Made by a program: the position numbers and the translations under genes. Shown here piece after piece: positions 24,518 to 36,616 of a DNA stretch of 64,000 nt. Position 1 is the stretch's first letter. Each line of letters opens with the position of its first letter. Source of the stretch: Octopus vulgaris (taxonomy: Eukaryota); the NCBI GenBank assembly GCA_951406725.2, contig OX597818.1, positions 85,188,001-85,252,000 on the forward strand. Direction: 5' to 3'. A model generated the notes under the pieces. It saw only the letters and a list, made by a program, of their open reading frames with translations, had not been told where the DNA came from and did not search any database.

Positions 24518-24997
24518 CTTTTTTTTTCTCAATTGGCATGGAAATGGGAGGGTATTTCCATAATTGTGGGGTTTTTTTTCTGTTATATTCCCCTTATGTT
24601 TTCCCCACTAAGCATTCTTCTATCTTTTATTTCTTTCCCTTGTTTCTATTTTATTTCCCCACCCCCTATTTTCTTTTTTATTGGAAATAGAGGAGGGGGG
24701 ATGACTATAATATATTGTATATATATATTTCCTGATGTTGATGTTGTTACTTTTATCTGTCAACATACTTCAAGCTCCTCTACTCAACACTCTTCACCCC
24801 CTCCAGCTCTTCAGCTGTGCATAGTTGGAGTGTCTCCCCCCACCCACAGTCCCCCTGCCCCTCTCACACATCACCATCACCACCCTATCTTTGGCTTTAT
24901 CATAACAATTGCTGTTTCAACTACTACCTCTCCTAATCTTTCTAGCTAGAATGTATACTTCTAAGACATGATCTTGCCCCTCTCCTCTTCCTTTTTT

Positions 24998-25276
24998 TAC
25001 TGTTTCTTATATATAATCTATAGACCCTACATACGTTTGTGTGTCTATATATATGTACATATATGTGTGTACATTTTGTATATATATATATATATGTGTG
25101 TGTGTGCATGTTACTGTTTCTTATAATCTGTAGACCCTACATATATGTGTGTGTACATGTGTATGTTATGTGTGTATATCTATATATATGTACATATATG
25201 TGTGCATTTTGTGCATATATATGTGTGTGTGTGTGCATGTTACTGTTTCTTACATATAATCTATAGACCCTATGTA

Positions 25277-25308
<32 letters not shown>

Positions 25309-25325
25309 CACATGTCTATGTTTTG

Positions 25326-25345
<20 letters not shown>
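24998..25345. repeat. Three-unit compound minisatellite (~115-130 bp)
   Basis: tactgtttctta..ataatct(a/g)tagacccta recurs at 24998, 25112 and 25241. Confidence 0.85.
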
Positions 25346-25361
<16 letters not shown>

Positions 25362-26599
25362 AGCACAGACGCACACAAACATACCCGCATACATGTGTGT
25401 CATTCTAGCAGTGTCTCACTCCACATCTATTGGCTGCTTTGGTTCTTGTTCTCCTTTCTCTTCTCCCCTTGCCCTGGAAATGATTGCTTGCCCAGATTCT
25501 TAATGATGGCATTTCAAACTGTGACTGTAGTGCTGGGAGTAGTTTTGGCGGTGGTGTTGGTTGTGGTGGTAGGAGTAATGGTTACTATGGTAATATTAGT
25601 TATGCCTATGATGATGGTGATGATAATGATGTGATGATGATGATGGTAGGAATTCAATCAGGAGTGTTATTTCCTCAGTTTTTTTTTTTATTCTTACCCC
25701 CCCCCCCCGTGTGTGTATGTACTTATGTGTGTAAGTGTATATTAATCCTCTTCTACTTTTGTCAACTGTAATTGTTTCTAGTTTTGGGGAATTTTTTTCT
25801 TCTAGATTCTAAGAGAAATAATTGTCTGTATGTAAGTATGTATGTATCTGTCTAATCTGTACATCTTTTCTCTCTTGCTCACTATATATATATATATATA
25901 TATATATAATCTTGTTCATCTAACATACTTACATGTGCATTTTCTATGTATTTGTGTATATCTGTTTGTATGTGTGTCTACCATACAAAATTATGAAATT
26001 TCATATGTTTCGGTTGGTCATATCCCGAACATGCGCATGTGAGCCCAAAGGCAAAAGACGTGCCTCAAGGGGGATGGAACTCAGAATCTAATAATAATAA
26101 CAATAATTTGTTAAAGTGGTACCACATCATACAACCATATTCACGCACATACACACACACACACACACATGGTTGTGTATGTTTTTCCTATTAGGAACAA
26201 TCACAACTGCCAGCTCTGTGATGTATATCTATTCCCAGAGGAAGATGATATAAACCATCAACTCAATGTTCAATGAAGGAGGGGAAGGAGTAAACATTTC
26301 ACCACACGTCGTCAGTCTGCATCAATGGTCAGTCCCTCAGTTAACTTCTTTAGATGTGGTTAGTGAAAGGATATGAAAGCACAATCACTTTGTTTCTAGG
26401 TGTGTCAGTCATTTTAAAAATTGGTTGCCAAATGCTTTTGTAGTAAATATCAGGGTGAGTGTTGGACATGTCCTTAATTTTCTGAAAACATTGCGTCTCC
26501 AAGATTTGTTTGGGTACTAGATCTTAAGGTTCATGGCCTAGTAGTTAGTGTTAGGGTGTTGCACTTTTGATCGCAGGACTTTTTATTTCAATTCTCAAA

Positions 26600-27040
26600 C
26601 AGGCATGGATGTGTGGTAAGAAGTTTGCTTCCCAATCACATGGCTTCAGGTTCAGTCCCACTACATGACACCTTGGGAAAGTACCTTCTACTATAGCCTC
26701 AGGCCGACCAAAGCCTTTTGAGTAGGTTTGGCTTATGGAAACTGAAATAAAGATATATGTATGTGTGTGTGTATTACATATATATACATATATGTGTGTG
26801 TGTATTATACACACACACACACACATATATATATCTGTGTGTCTTTTTTGTCTATGATTGTCCCCCAGGACTGCTTGGTGTGTTGGTGTGTTTACATTCC
26901 TGTAACTTATTCTATTGGTCTCTTTTGCTGCAATGCTAAGTACAAGGCTTAAAAAAAACAAGCCCAAGGGTCAATTTGACTAAAACCCTTCAAGATAGTG
27001 CTCCAGGATGGCTGCAGTCTAATGACTGAAACAAATAAAC
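26600..27040 (+). mobile_element. SINE family B, full length
   Basis: ggcatggatgtgtggtaagaagtttgcttcccaatcacatgg..ggttcagtcccact..aggccgaccaaagcctt..tggctgcagtctaatgactgaaacaa. Confidence 0.85.
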
Positions 27041-27074
27041 AGTAGATAGAAATGGTTTCTCACTTTTCTAATCT

Positions 27075-27667
27075 TCCATTTGAACATGTCCGGCCATGGG
27101 AAAATATTACATTGCTTGGTAACAAGTAAGAGTTAGCAACAAGATGAGCATCTGCTCATTGAATTCGAAACCAAATTTTTTTCAATAAATCTCAGGAAAG
27201 TGTGTCATGACCTGAGGTTTTGTGAAAACATTGGGTCACCAAAATTTGCTTCAGTATAGATCTCAAGCTATGTGTATGGCCTAGTGGCTGGTGTAATTGC
27301 ACTCACAATCTTGAGACTTTGGTTTCAACTCCCATACAAGTGGTTTCTCTTATTTTTCAATATTTTGTGAAAACATTCATGCAATATGTGAAAACATTGG
27401 AAGCAAGGGAAGAAGATTGGCAAAAAAAAAGGGTAGAGTCATTACAGCATCATAAAAAAAAATGCCTTTCAGTATGCATTCAGAGTTCAAATACTGAGGA
27501 AGTTAACTTCAACTTTCATTAGTTCATCTCCAGCCACAAAGAAATATTACTTTGTTTGGGAACACAGGAAAATTGGTGCCTGAGAGATCACCCAGCCATA
27601 GAAAATCTGTATCAACAAATTCTCTCTGACTCATGCAAGCATGGAAAAGTGGTCATTAAAATGATAT
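27075..27667 (+). mobile_element. Fragments of SINE G (27075, 27530), C head (27275) and A head (27415)
   Basis: ggccatgggaaaatattac; ccagccatagaaaatctg..catgcaagcatggaaaagtgg..attaaaatgat; gagttcaaatactgagg. Confidence 0.6.
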
Positions 27668-27962
27668 TGAGCTTAATATTTACAGAATTTCTCATATAGA
27701 AAAAGAGTAGCATGGTTACAAATCAAAGATGGAGACACTAAAATAAAACAGATTAGATTGGTGCACACAGCTATGCTTGTAAAATATACAACTTATTGTG
27801 TAACTTTGAGATTTTCTTGTATAGAACATGTTTAAATGCTGGTTTACATTTCGAACATGTGGTATGTAGATGCATGTTTCTATTTGAGTATACACAATAT
27901 AACATCATATATATATATATATATTTATTTTACTGTGGTTAACCCCGACTCAACCCGGGACC

Positions 27963-27998
<36 letters not shown>

Positions 27999-28110
27999 CA
28001 TCCCTTCCCCACCACCATGCTCTTGAGTCCCATCCTGTATGTATTGAGACATTCATACTCCTGTACATACATTCATATACATATAGACATTCACATATAT
28101 CAACCTCCAG

Positions 28111-28147
<37 letters not shown>

Positions 28148-28426
28148 GCACACACACATTCACATGCCAAATCCCCCTGTCTCTTTCTCTCTCTCTCTCT
28201 CTCACCCACACATTCATACACATGTAGATATTCATATGTCAACCCCCACTATCTGCCTGTGTGTCTCACACAAGCAAATATTGTCAAATCAAGCCTCTTT
28301 TTATATCTCTCACACAAACATTCACATATAGGTATACACAAATCAACTCTCTCTTACACACATTCACATATCAGCCTATGCTTCTCACTTTTTCTGTCAC
28401 TCACCCCAACACACACACACACACAC

Positions 28427-28468
<42 letters not shown>

Positions 28469-29254
28469 CCTCTCTCTCTCATACACACACACATATACAC
28501 ACATGCTCACACAGACATACACATATTGAGTCTACCCCCAATCATGTATGTTCCGCCACCACACCCATTTCATCTGTCAGCAACTTCTGACAACAATCTT
28601 ATACTTTACAGAAAAAAGTTACTAACCCCTAAAAAAAACCCACCCCCACTCTCTTCTTGAAAAAAAAAACACTTTCAGCATCTATTTCTCTTATCTTCTC
28701 TTTTTTCCTTCCCCCTCTACTTGCCCTTTTGTTGACCCTTTAGGTTTATTTTCCTTATAAATGTTGACTGGAAGCTATAAGAGTAGAGCTAGTTAGTTAT
28801 AGAAGGGAGTTTTGACTGTTCCCTAAAATCTTTTTCTCTTTTTATTTACTTTCCCTTCTTTTTCTGACCTTCAGAGTTTATTTTAAGCTGCTTGATGGAA
28901 TGTTGGTAGTTGTTATTTCAACCCAGGTCATCCTTGATCTAAAAGACCCAGGATCAAACACACACATTCCATCTCTGACTATCCCTCTTCTCTTCTAACT
29001 GGTAGCCATTCCAACATAGCATATTTTTAAATGTAATAGTATTTTGATGTTTCTAGCCACTTTTGTAATTGACTATTTTATCATATACAGTTTATGAAAT
29101 TAATTTATTCCTTAAGGTCATTTGTCCCCCACAAAATTTTTGAGAACTGAAACTATTTCCCCACAGGAAATTTGAGAAAAGATACTGTCAGTTTGAGCAG
29201 AGCAGAGATGTGCATTGAGCAAAAGCTAGACAGCAATTGATGCTCCCCCTTTGA

Positions 29255-29388
29255 TATTCTCAGCTTGTTGTCAACCACTGTGTGTTCATTAATCAAGACA
29301 CTATTCATCACCCAAGACATTGTTTGAAAAATTATTTGTAAACTGACTTGATGGTAATGAAAGGCATTCATAAAATGAGGTTCCACTG
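29255..29388 (-). mobile_element. pogo/Tigger-like DNA transposon end
   Basis: Reverse complement begins cagtggaacctcattttatgaa, like Tigger-type TIRs; partner TIR not found. Confidence 0.4.
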
Positions 29389-29405
29389 TGTGTGTGTGTG
29401 TGTGT

Positions 29406-29436
<31 letters not shown>

Positions 29437-29469
29437 CATAGATATAGATAGATAGATATCTATACATGT

Positions 29470-29805
29470 ATGTCTTCAGGTGATTTGCTGTGTTTGAGAA
29501 AACATGCCAAGCTAAGTAAAATCATGGCTGTCCATGCATACAGCCATATCTTCAATATCCCTCTTTCAGCCAAGACATCTTAGTCTTGTGGGTGCTGGTA
29601 CCTCATAAAAGAACTCATAGAAATACCACATAAAAGCACCTAGTACACTCTGTAAAGTAATTGGTGTTAGGAAGAGCATCCAGTCATAGAAACCATACTA
29701 GAACAGGCAAATGGAGCCCAGGCAGCCTTTGAGTTGACCAACTCCTGTCAAACTGTCCAGCCCATGCCAACATGGAGGGCAGACATTAAAAGAGGATGAT
29801 CATTA
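29470..29805 (+). mobile_element. Retroposon family F, 3' part
   Basis: aaaagcacctagtacactctgtaaagt..ttaggaagagcatccag..ctcctgtcaaactgtccagcccatgccaacatgg..gacattaaa; matches 38730 and 63101. Confidence 0.75.
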
Positions 29806-30163
29806 TGTGTGTGTGTGTATTTCTCTTGTAGCTTGTGAGGTGGTTCTATTGCCACACCTTCCATGGCATATTTTTAATGAGTTTGGTTTAATTTGCAAGT
29901 CAGTTGGTGACCTGACCAGGAATGGTAAAATACATGAGATCACAACTTAGCCAGTGAGGCCAAGAGACAGACATTTTAAGTGTTACAGTGAATGTGCTTA
30001 CAGAACGGAAGCTGGGCTGAAGAGTCACTTGCATGATCGTGCAAGGTTCAGTCATGGAACATGGAACATAGCACTCTTTTAACAAGAAGGAGTAATCGTG
30101 CATGTGTGTATGCAAGTACACATATATGTACATACACAAGTAGAGCCTATGTGGTTGTGTGTT

Positions 30164-30201
<38 letters not shown>

Positions 30202-30582
30202 GACACACACACACACACACAAATTCACATGAAACTGAAATATTACTCCATACTTTTGAGTAGATTACATATTAATTTCTACAAGGAAAAAGTCAACACT
30301 GACTTCAAAATTTCAGCTTGTTGCTGTTCTTTAGACACATATAAGTATATCACTATTAGTCCTGCTAACTAAGAATAAAAAATCTGCAATTTCTATTTTC
30401 ATCCAAAACAATTTCAGCTAGCTGATATTATTAGAGTTGTTCCCCTTGTTGCTTTTAGATTTTAAACACTTGAAGAGCAATTTTTTATTGTTATTATTTT
30501 GCTGTCTAAAAAGTTCTTATCACTTAGATCAAAGCATCCAACTATAGAAAATGTACTCCAATGTATACTGTCTGTTTATCTA

Positions 30583-30922
30583 AGAAGCTTACTTCCAAAC
30601 TATAGCCCTGGGTCGACTGAAGCCTTCAGGGTGGATTTTGTAATGGGAAATTGAAAGAAGGCCATCATATATATATATATATATATATAATATATATATA
30701 TATAATATATATATATATGTACATGTGTGTGTGTGTCCTAAACTAATAACCAGTGTTAGTTTGTTTGCATCCCCATAACTTAGCAGTTTGGCAAAAGGGA
30801 CACTAAGGAATAGGTACCAGAACTTGATAAAAATAAGTACTGGAGTTGATTTGTTTGACTAAACCCTTCAAGGCAATGTACCAGCATGGCTGCAGTCCAA
30901 TGACTGAAACATGTAAAAAAAA
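30583..30922 (+). mobile_element. SINE family B with internal (TA)n
   Basis: ctatagccctgggtcgac..gaaagaag..taacttagcagtttggcaaaa..cagcatggctgcagtccaatgactgaaac. Confidence 0.8.
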
Positions 30923-31077
30923 GACCCTTGCAAGTCCTGGAAAGTGGATATTAAATGATGGTGATGAAGAAGACCCAGCATAATAATACTCCCCTAACTA
31001 TTTAACTTCCTTTAACTTCTCTCTATTTTAAAAATTTAAATGTTGTTGGTGGTGTTGTTATCATCATCATTATTATT

Positions 31078-31600
31078 GAGAGAACAGTGCATGCCATCAA
31101 CTTGACACTGGGGTAAAATATACAAAGCCCAGTATACTCATCATGACTACCCATCTGTTAAGGGTACACCAGGCACATACATCACAGTCATGTGTGTGAC
31201 ATGGTGATCTCATATCAAGATAAACAGCGCATGACCTTGCAAGTGGGGCCAAGTTAGAAATTTCTTCAGATTGAGTCGCCTGCCCCACTCAAAAGTTCCC
31301 TGAATAAGGGTTGTTTAGAGATGTTTAATGAAACACTCATGTTTCCAGGGGTGAATTATTCAAACCCCAAAGAATTCCTCTTGGCACATAGCTGTGATGC
31401 TCCCCCACTACTTCTGCTTGTGATCAGAGATGCACATATTGTCAGCCACTAAGGGACATGCTCAACTGGTTAAGGTCAGGCAAGTGACAAGCAATAGAAT
31501 ATTTGCTGTAGCCCATCTTTTATACCAAGACAAAACAAGATAACCTTCCAATCAGTTAAGATGAGAAGCCAAGAGAGCCTGATATTGCATCAGACCATTT
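31078..31600. mobile_element. Unclassified interspersed repeat H, copy 2 (longer)
   Basis: Colinear with 4229-4665, with (att)-rich sequence on both flanks. Confidence 0.85.
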
Positions 31601-32644
31601 ATTTTTTTAATTATTATTAGTATTATTATTTTATAACAAGATATATAGAGAGAGATTGGTTTGTGTATATTGATGCTGTCAATGCTATTACTGGCAGCTT
31701 GGTAGCTCTGTCGTTACTGAGATATTCAATGCAAGGTTGGGGATGGGAAGAAAGAAGACACCACTCCCTCTCCGTTCTAGATAACGTTACATAAAACTTT
31801 CTTCAGCCTTAAAGATTTCTCTTCTAGAGAATTAATATCTATACCTCCCACTTCTTTCTTTCAGTGCTGAAATTCATTTTCACTCACCCCTCTTTCTCTT
31901 CTCCCCCTTCCAAAAAGTCTTTGACTTCTTATTTGTTTATTTTTTCTATAAATCTTCGCACACACATACACACGCATATATACACATACAAGCCATGCAT
32001 ATTTTTATGTGTATGAGATATAAGTATACCTCTTGTGTGTATGTGTGCGAAGAATGTGTCTACTTCCATATGTATGTCTGTGTCTTGTATAATTTTTATA
32101 TATTTTAACGTATATGCATTTCAAAGTGTGTTTATATATATGTTTAAAATGTGACCTACAACTAAATGTTTTAATATGTATGAATAAATGAATACAGACT
32201 TGCATCATGATGTATTTATATGTTCAGTATGTGAATACGATTTTCAGTGTATCTCATATGTATGTGTAGTGTCTTTTTTTGTTAATGTTGTTATGCTTGT
32301 CTTTAGTGTGTGTTTGTGTGTGTGTGCGCGCACACACACACACACATTTATACAGTTAGCCATGCTGAATATCCCCTCCCTTCTTTTTCTGTTGCTATGT
32401 TCTGTCCTGATTTCTTGTAGTCATACTATGAGCACAACTTAAATAATTGTTGTTTATTTAAGCATTTGAGGCGTTCAGATTTAAACACTGATACATCCAA
32501 ATGTAGGGGTCGCAGCTGGAATTTTTGACAAATAAGGACATGGTTTGCAGATGAAAATTAATCAGTTTAAAGAATCTGCCTGCTTTGCGAGTTGTTTGGG
32601 TTATAGTAACTGTGTGGTTAGTTAGTTACTGTACTACCACCAGC

Positions 32645-32850
32645 TAGTTATCTTATTCCCATGTCAGTCTTGACTAGGCAGACTTACAATTTAGGTTGTT
32701 CTTGCCCATGACACCTACATTAAGACACTGTGTATCTTGGAGTACATTATCCAGTGTGAACTTGCTCTTTTATAATGTGGTGGTTTGTGATTTGAGGGAT
32801 ATTTGGCTTTAGTTTCTAGATGATTGAATGAGTAAATAGAGACTCCTTTG
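32645..32850 (+). mobile_element. Unclassified repeat family I
   Basis: tacattatccagtgtg..gtgatttgagggatatttggct..tttctag shared with 55205, 42895-43310 and (inverted) 34920. Confidence 0.6.
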
Positions 32851-32944
32851 TTTGTGTCATACTGTGCCAGTAATCTAGCTTTTATTTGTGTCAGGGATTG
32901 GACTACAGTCACCATGCTGGAGCACTGCCTTTGGGAATTTAGTT

Positions 32945-33206
32945 CAGTGGTTCTAAAGCAAGATCCATATGACCCTTCGGGTGAAGCATATTAAGATTTT
33001 GTTGTTAAAATTTATGTGCAATAAATTGCTTATGCTTCTACAATGCACAAAATATTAAAAAAATTTTTATACAGTACCTAATAATCTTTATTAAGAAAAC
33101 AGTGGAACATATTTTTTTTAATCTACATTGAATGGCTCTAGATGTCCAGTGAGAGTAAAGTAGGAACCAAAAGGGTCCATAGGCAGAAAATAGTTTAAAA
33201 CCACTG
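32945..33206. mobile_element. hAT-like MITE with 8-bp TSD
   Basis: TIR cagtggttctaaa / tttaaaaccactg; flanks atttagtt and gtttagtt; sits inside a SINE B tail. Confidence 0.85.
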
Positions 33207-33459
33207 GTTTAGTTGAACAAAATAACTCCAGAGCCTTTTTTTCTTTTCTTCTTTCTTTTCTTTTTTTCTTTTCTTTTTTTCTTTTGTGGCCTTTCTACCA
33301 AATTCTTTCTGACCTGCTAAGCTACTTTTATGTTGTGAGGGGAGCCATGTATGTCTTCTAGAGATTTGTGGTTGTATGTCTTTCTCAACATCTAGCATAA
33401 AACTATCTCTCTTTCCACAACGGCCCTACTTACTTATCCGGGTGCTTTTTTGTGTTTGT

Positions 33460-33725
33460 CTTATAAGTTATCAGGCAACTGAACTAGTGCTGGTGTTACC
33501 AAAAATAAGATAAAAAAACGAAAAAGAAAGAAAGAAAGAAAACAAAAGAGCACATGATGCACTCTGTGAATTGGTTGTTGTTAGAAAGGAAAGATCATTC
33601 AGAAACCATGTCAAGGCAGACATTGGAGCTCACTGTAGTCCTCCAGTTCCTTGGAGCCTTTCAAACTGTGCAACACTTGTCAGCCTCAGGGACAGATATT
33701 AAATGATGATGATCATCAGCATCAT
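33460..33725 (+). mobile_element. Retroposon family F, decayed
   Basis: gcactctgtgaattggttg..agaaaccatg..gatattaaatgatgatgat. Confidence 0.6.
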
Positions 33726-34094
33726 TAACTCTTTGATTATGTAATTAAATTTCACATATGGATGTGTGGGTGTGTGCATGTTTAAACTTATATGTGTGTT
33801 AGTGTTGTTTTAGCCACAGGTCAGGCTTGTAGGTTCCAATTTTCATATCCACCACTGAGAGTATTTGGTTTTTGATCTGTAAAGAGATATTTGATTAATT
33901 ATAGGGGAGCGGAGGTTAAGAAAATTAAAAGAAATTTGTTTTCTGTAAAAATGTCACTGGGCATATCTCCACTTCTTGTAGCATAAGAAGAGGTCTTTTT
34001 TCAAAGCCATAGGGTAAAACCACTTTCTGCAGTTAATGCTTGTAAAGTCTAAAGCACAACATATCAACATTCCTTGTTGAAAGGGTTGGTATGA

Positions 34095-34310
34095 AGTGTG
34101 TACAGGTTAGTGATTTGAATTGCGGGTACTTCTCAGCCAACAAGTTTGCATCTAGTTTTCATTTCATCTACCCAATCTCACTCACAAGGATTAAGTCAAC
34201 CCAGAGCCATGGCAGACAATACTTGATGCTGTGTGGTGTCCTGCAGCAGAATTGAAACCTAGACCTCATGATTTGCAAAGCAAAACTTCTCAGCCGTTTC
34301 ACCATGTCTG
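34095..34310 (-). mobile_element. SINE B-type head, decayed
   Basis: catctacccaatctcactcacaagg..aattgaaacc..gcaaaacttctcagcc. Confidence 0.55.
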
Positions 34311-34429
34311 TACTCCCAGTCCTATTTAACCTCTCCCACACAACATAAAATTTGATACAAGTATTTTTTTGTTTATTGTGTGTTTTCTATGTCAGTGTAA
34401 CACAAGACACAGTTTCCGTGATCTCTTCT

Positions 34430-34570
34430 CAGTGTTGTGATGGCAATTTGGCAAAGAGCGGGGAGGGATTGCTTGGGCGGAGGGAATTTTTTTTTTTTTG
34501 TGATGTGGGTTAAGGCTAACTGCAAAATTTGCCCTTTCAATCCTCCTGTTCTCAAATAACCATAACAACT
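34430..34570. mobile_element. Possible short TIR element
   Basis: cagtgttgtgatgg..gagcgggagggatt is imperfectly inverted with aatcctcctgttctc..ccataacaact. Confidence 0.35.
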
Positions 34571-34669
34571 TTAGCGATATAATTGGCCTTGCCTTCTCCA
34601 GACAACAAACAGTTAGACATCTGTTTTAAGTACAGGCCTTCCTTTATTCCACTGTCAATACCAACACCA

Positions 34670-34775
34670 TTACAACACTACCACTACCACCAGCAGTAGC
34701 AGCAACATACTATTATCATTGCTACCATCATCACCACTACCATCACAACCACCACCACTACCATCACCACCATCA
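34670..34775. repeat. (ACC/ATC)n low-complexity tract
   Basis: Direct reading. Confidence 0.85.
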
Positions 34776-34919
34776 TAGTGTAGTCGTCATTTCCATTAAA
34801 ATTAGTCATTTTAACTATTCATCTATACTATAGTCTGACTGCTTTGCATGTCTGTGTAATTTACATAAGTTATTTTTTAAAAATAAACACTCATGCATGT
34901 AGAAAAACATACATATAAC

Positions 34920-35280
34920 AAGCCAGCAAGGGAGAGTCTTTGCTTGACCCGCTAGAAATAGCTGCCAATTTTTTATTTCTCAAATTACACCCAACTATTT
35001 AAGAAAAGGATGCACTGTATAATGATGTGTAATGACTTTTCAGCATATAGGTTGAAGAAATATCATTATAGTTAGATTGCCTTTGATCATAGGTTTACTT
35101 GATAAGAGCTTGCCTAGGACTAAATAGCTACAGCATGTAAACTTATATTCACATGCAAACACTCACACTTCTACTTGATCAGGACTAAACTTGGGCTAAA
35201 CAACTATACATTCATACACACACACACACACACACACACTCCTGTTCAATCAGGCCTGACCTGTGGCTAAACAACAATAC
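34920..35280 (-). mobile_element. Repeat family I, inverted, with its end reiterated
   Basis: ctagaaatagctgccaa..gcctttgatcatagg; terminal motif (g)gctaaacaac repeated near 35120, 35195 and 35265. Confidence 0.6.
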
Positions 35281-36008
35281 CAACACACAAACTTATGCTT
35301 GCACACAGTCACACAGATGCACATACACACAAACTCAGAAAGTGTATGTATATGTCTGTTCGTGAGCAAGAGAGTAAACTGACTATGTCAATTTTAGATT
35401 GGCAAATTGTGGATTTTTAAATCACTGCTCTCTGATTATAGTTAACATCAATTATGAATGGTTTTGTTTAGTTTAATGCCTGCAACTCGCCAAGAAAGAA
35501 TTTTCTTCTTATAGATTATTCATATTTCTATAGGCTGGCCTCCAGTTTCAACTGTTTGCTTGCTATCTCTTTGTCTCGGCCAGATAATCCCTTGAGCATT
35601 TCTAGCTCTGGCTATTCATAGCCATTCATCTGGCTTTTTCTTCCTCGCTTGTTTTCTAGTTTCTGTATGGATAGAAACTGACTTGGTTTTTCAAAAACCT
35701 TTTCCCTCGATATTCTATATTTTATTAATGTAAAATGTTAAACACATGAAAGCGATTGAACTTGCCGTTTTTCCCCTAGAGGGGTTTTTCCTTTCTTTAT
35801 TATTATTTTTTTTTTCTTTTTTGTGTTGTAAGTTGTGTTTAGTTTAGACTAAAAGAACGGGAAAGAGAGAACAGAAAGAATGAAAAGAGAGAGGGAGATT
35901 GGGAGGGTGTTTTGTTAGACTGAAATGTTAGTTGTAGTGGTTTGGCTCTTTAGATCTTTCACACAGTAGGTTCTTGTTTGTATGATATTGTTGGTGCTAT
36001 TTTTACTT

Positions 36009-36010
<2 letters not shown>

Positions 36011-36050
<40 letters not shown>
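36011..36050. repeat. (ATT)n microsatellite
   Basis: Perfect run. Confidence 0.95.
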
Positions 36051-36053
<3 letters not shown>

Positions 36054-36129
36054 TGACTCCTCTCACTTGCAGTGTCTTCATATTCCTGCAGAGGAAGAAA
36101 ATCGTTTTAAACAAACATTGTTACAGATA

Positions 36130-36400
36130 TAGTTGTGTGGCTTAAGAAACTTGCTTTGCAAAGCGGCCACATGATTTTTGAGTTCAGTCCCATTGTAAGG
36201 CACCTTGGGCCAGTAAGTGTCTTCTAATATAACCCTGAGCTGACCAATGTCTCGTGAGTGGATTTAGTAGATGAAAACTGTGAGGAAACCCATTGTATAC
36301 ATTGCTTGACAGCCGATGTTGGTTTGTTTATGTCAACAAAACCTTTCAAGGCAGTGACCTGGCCACAATCTAATGACTGAAACAAGTAAAATTTAAAAGA
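36130..36400 (+). mobile_element. SINE family B with internal deletion
   Basis: gttcagtcccattg..gcaccttggg..gtgagtggatttagtagatg..taatgactgaaacaagtaaaa. Confidence 0.8.
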
Positions 36401-36616
36401 TAGCGATAAAAAAAAAGTCATGGCTGGTGAGAAAGACATTATGGTTAAAAATATGTATGATGCATTTCATGTCCATACCCATTCTTTGCAGCAAATGTAT
36501 CATCAGCCGTTGTCACGTTTCCATAGCTGTGAGTTTAGAGTGTACCAGTGAGTTTGCAATGAAGGATTCAATTCCCAGTCACAAATATTTTACTCTGTTA
36601 ATTCTCCTGGGTTGTG

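Noticed and set aside
24365-24949. 194-aa ORF
   Set aside because: Starts in SINE A fragments and continues through T-rich and C-rich low-complexity DNA.
24998-25345. CRISPR-like repeat/spacer pattern
   Set aside because: Eukaryotic context, spacers are related microsatellites, and there are no cas genes.
26295-26315. Minus-strand CTGACGA..GAAA motif
   Set aside because: Stem II cannot form; too weak to call.
28410-28448. (CA)n(TG)n fold-back, also near 26795, 30180 and 32320
   Set aside because: Trivial consequence of adjacent complementary microsatellites.
27836-28660. 274-aa ORF, the longest in the track
   Set aside because: Made of (TA), (CT), (CA) and (TG) repeats that lack stops by composition.
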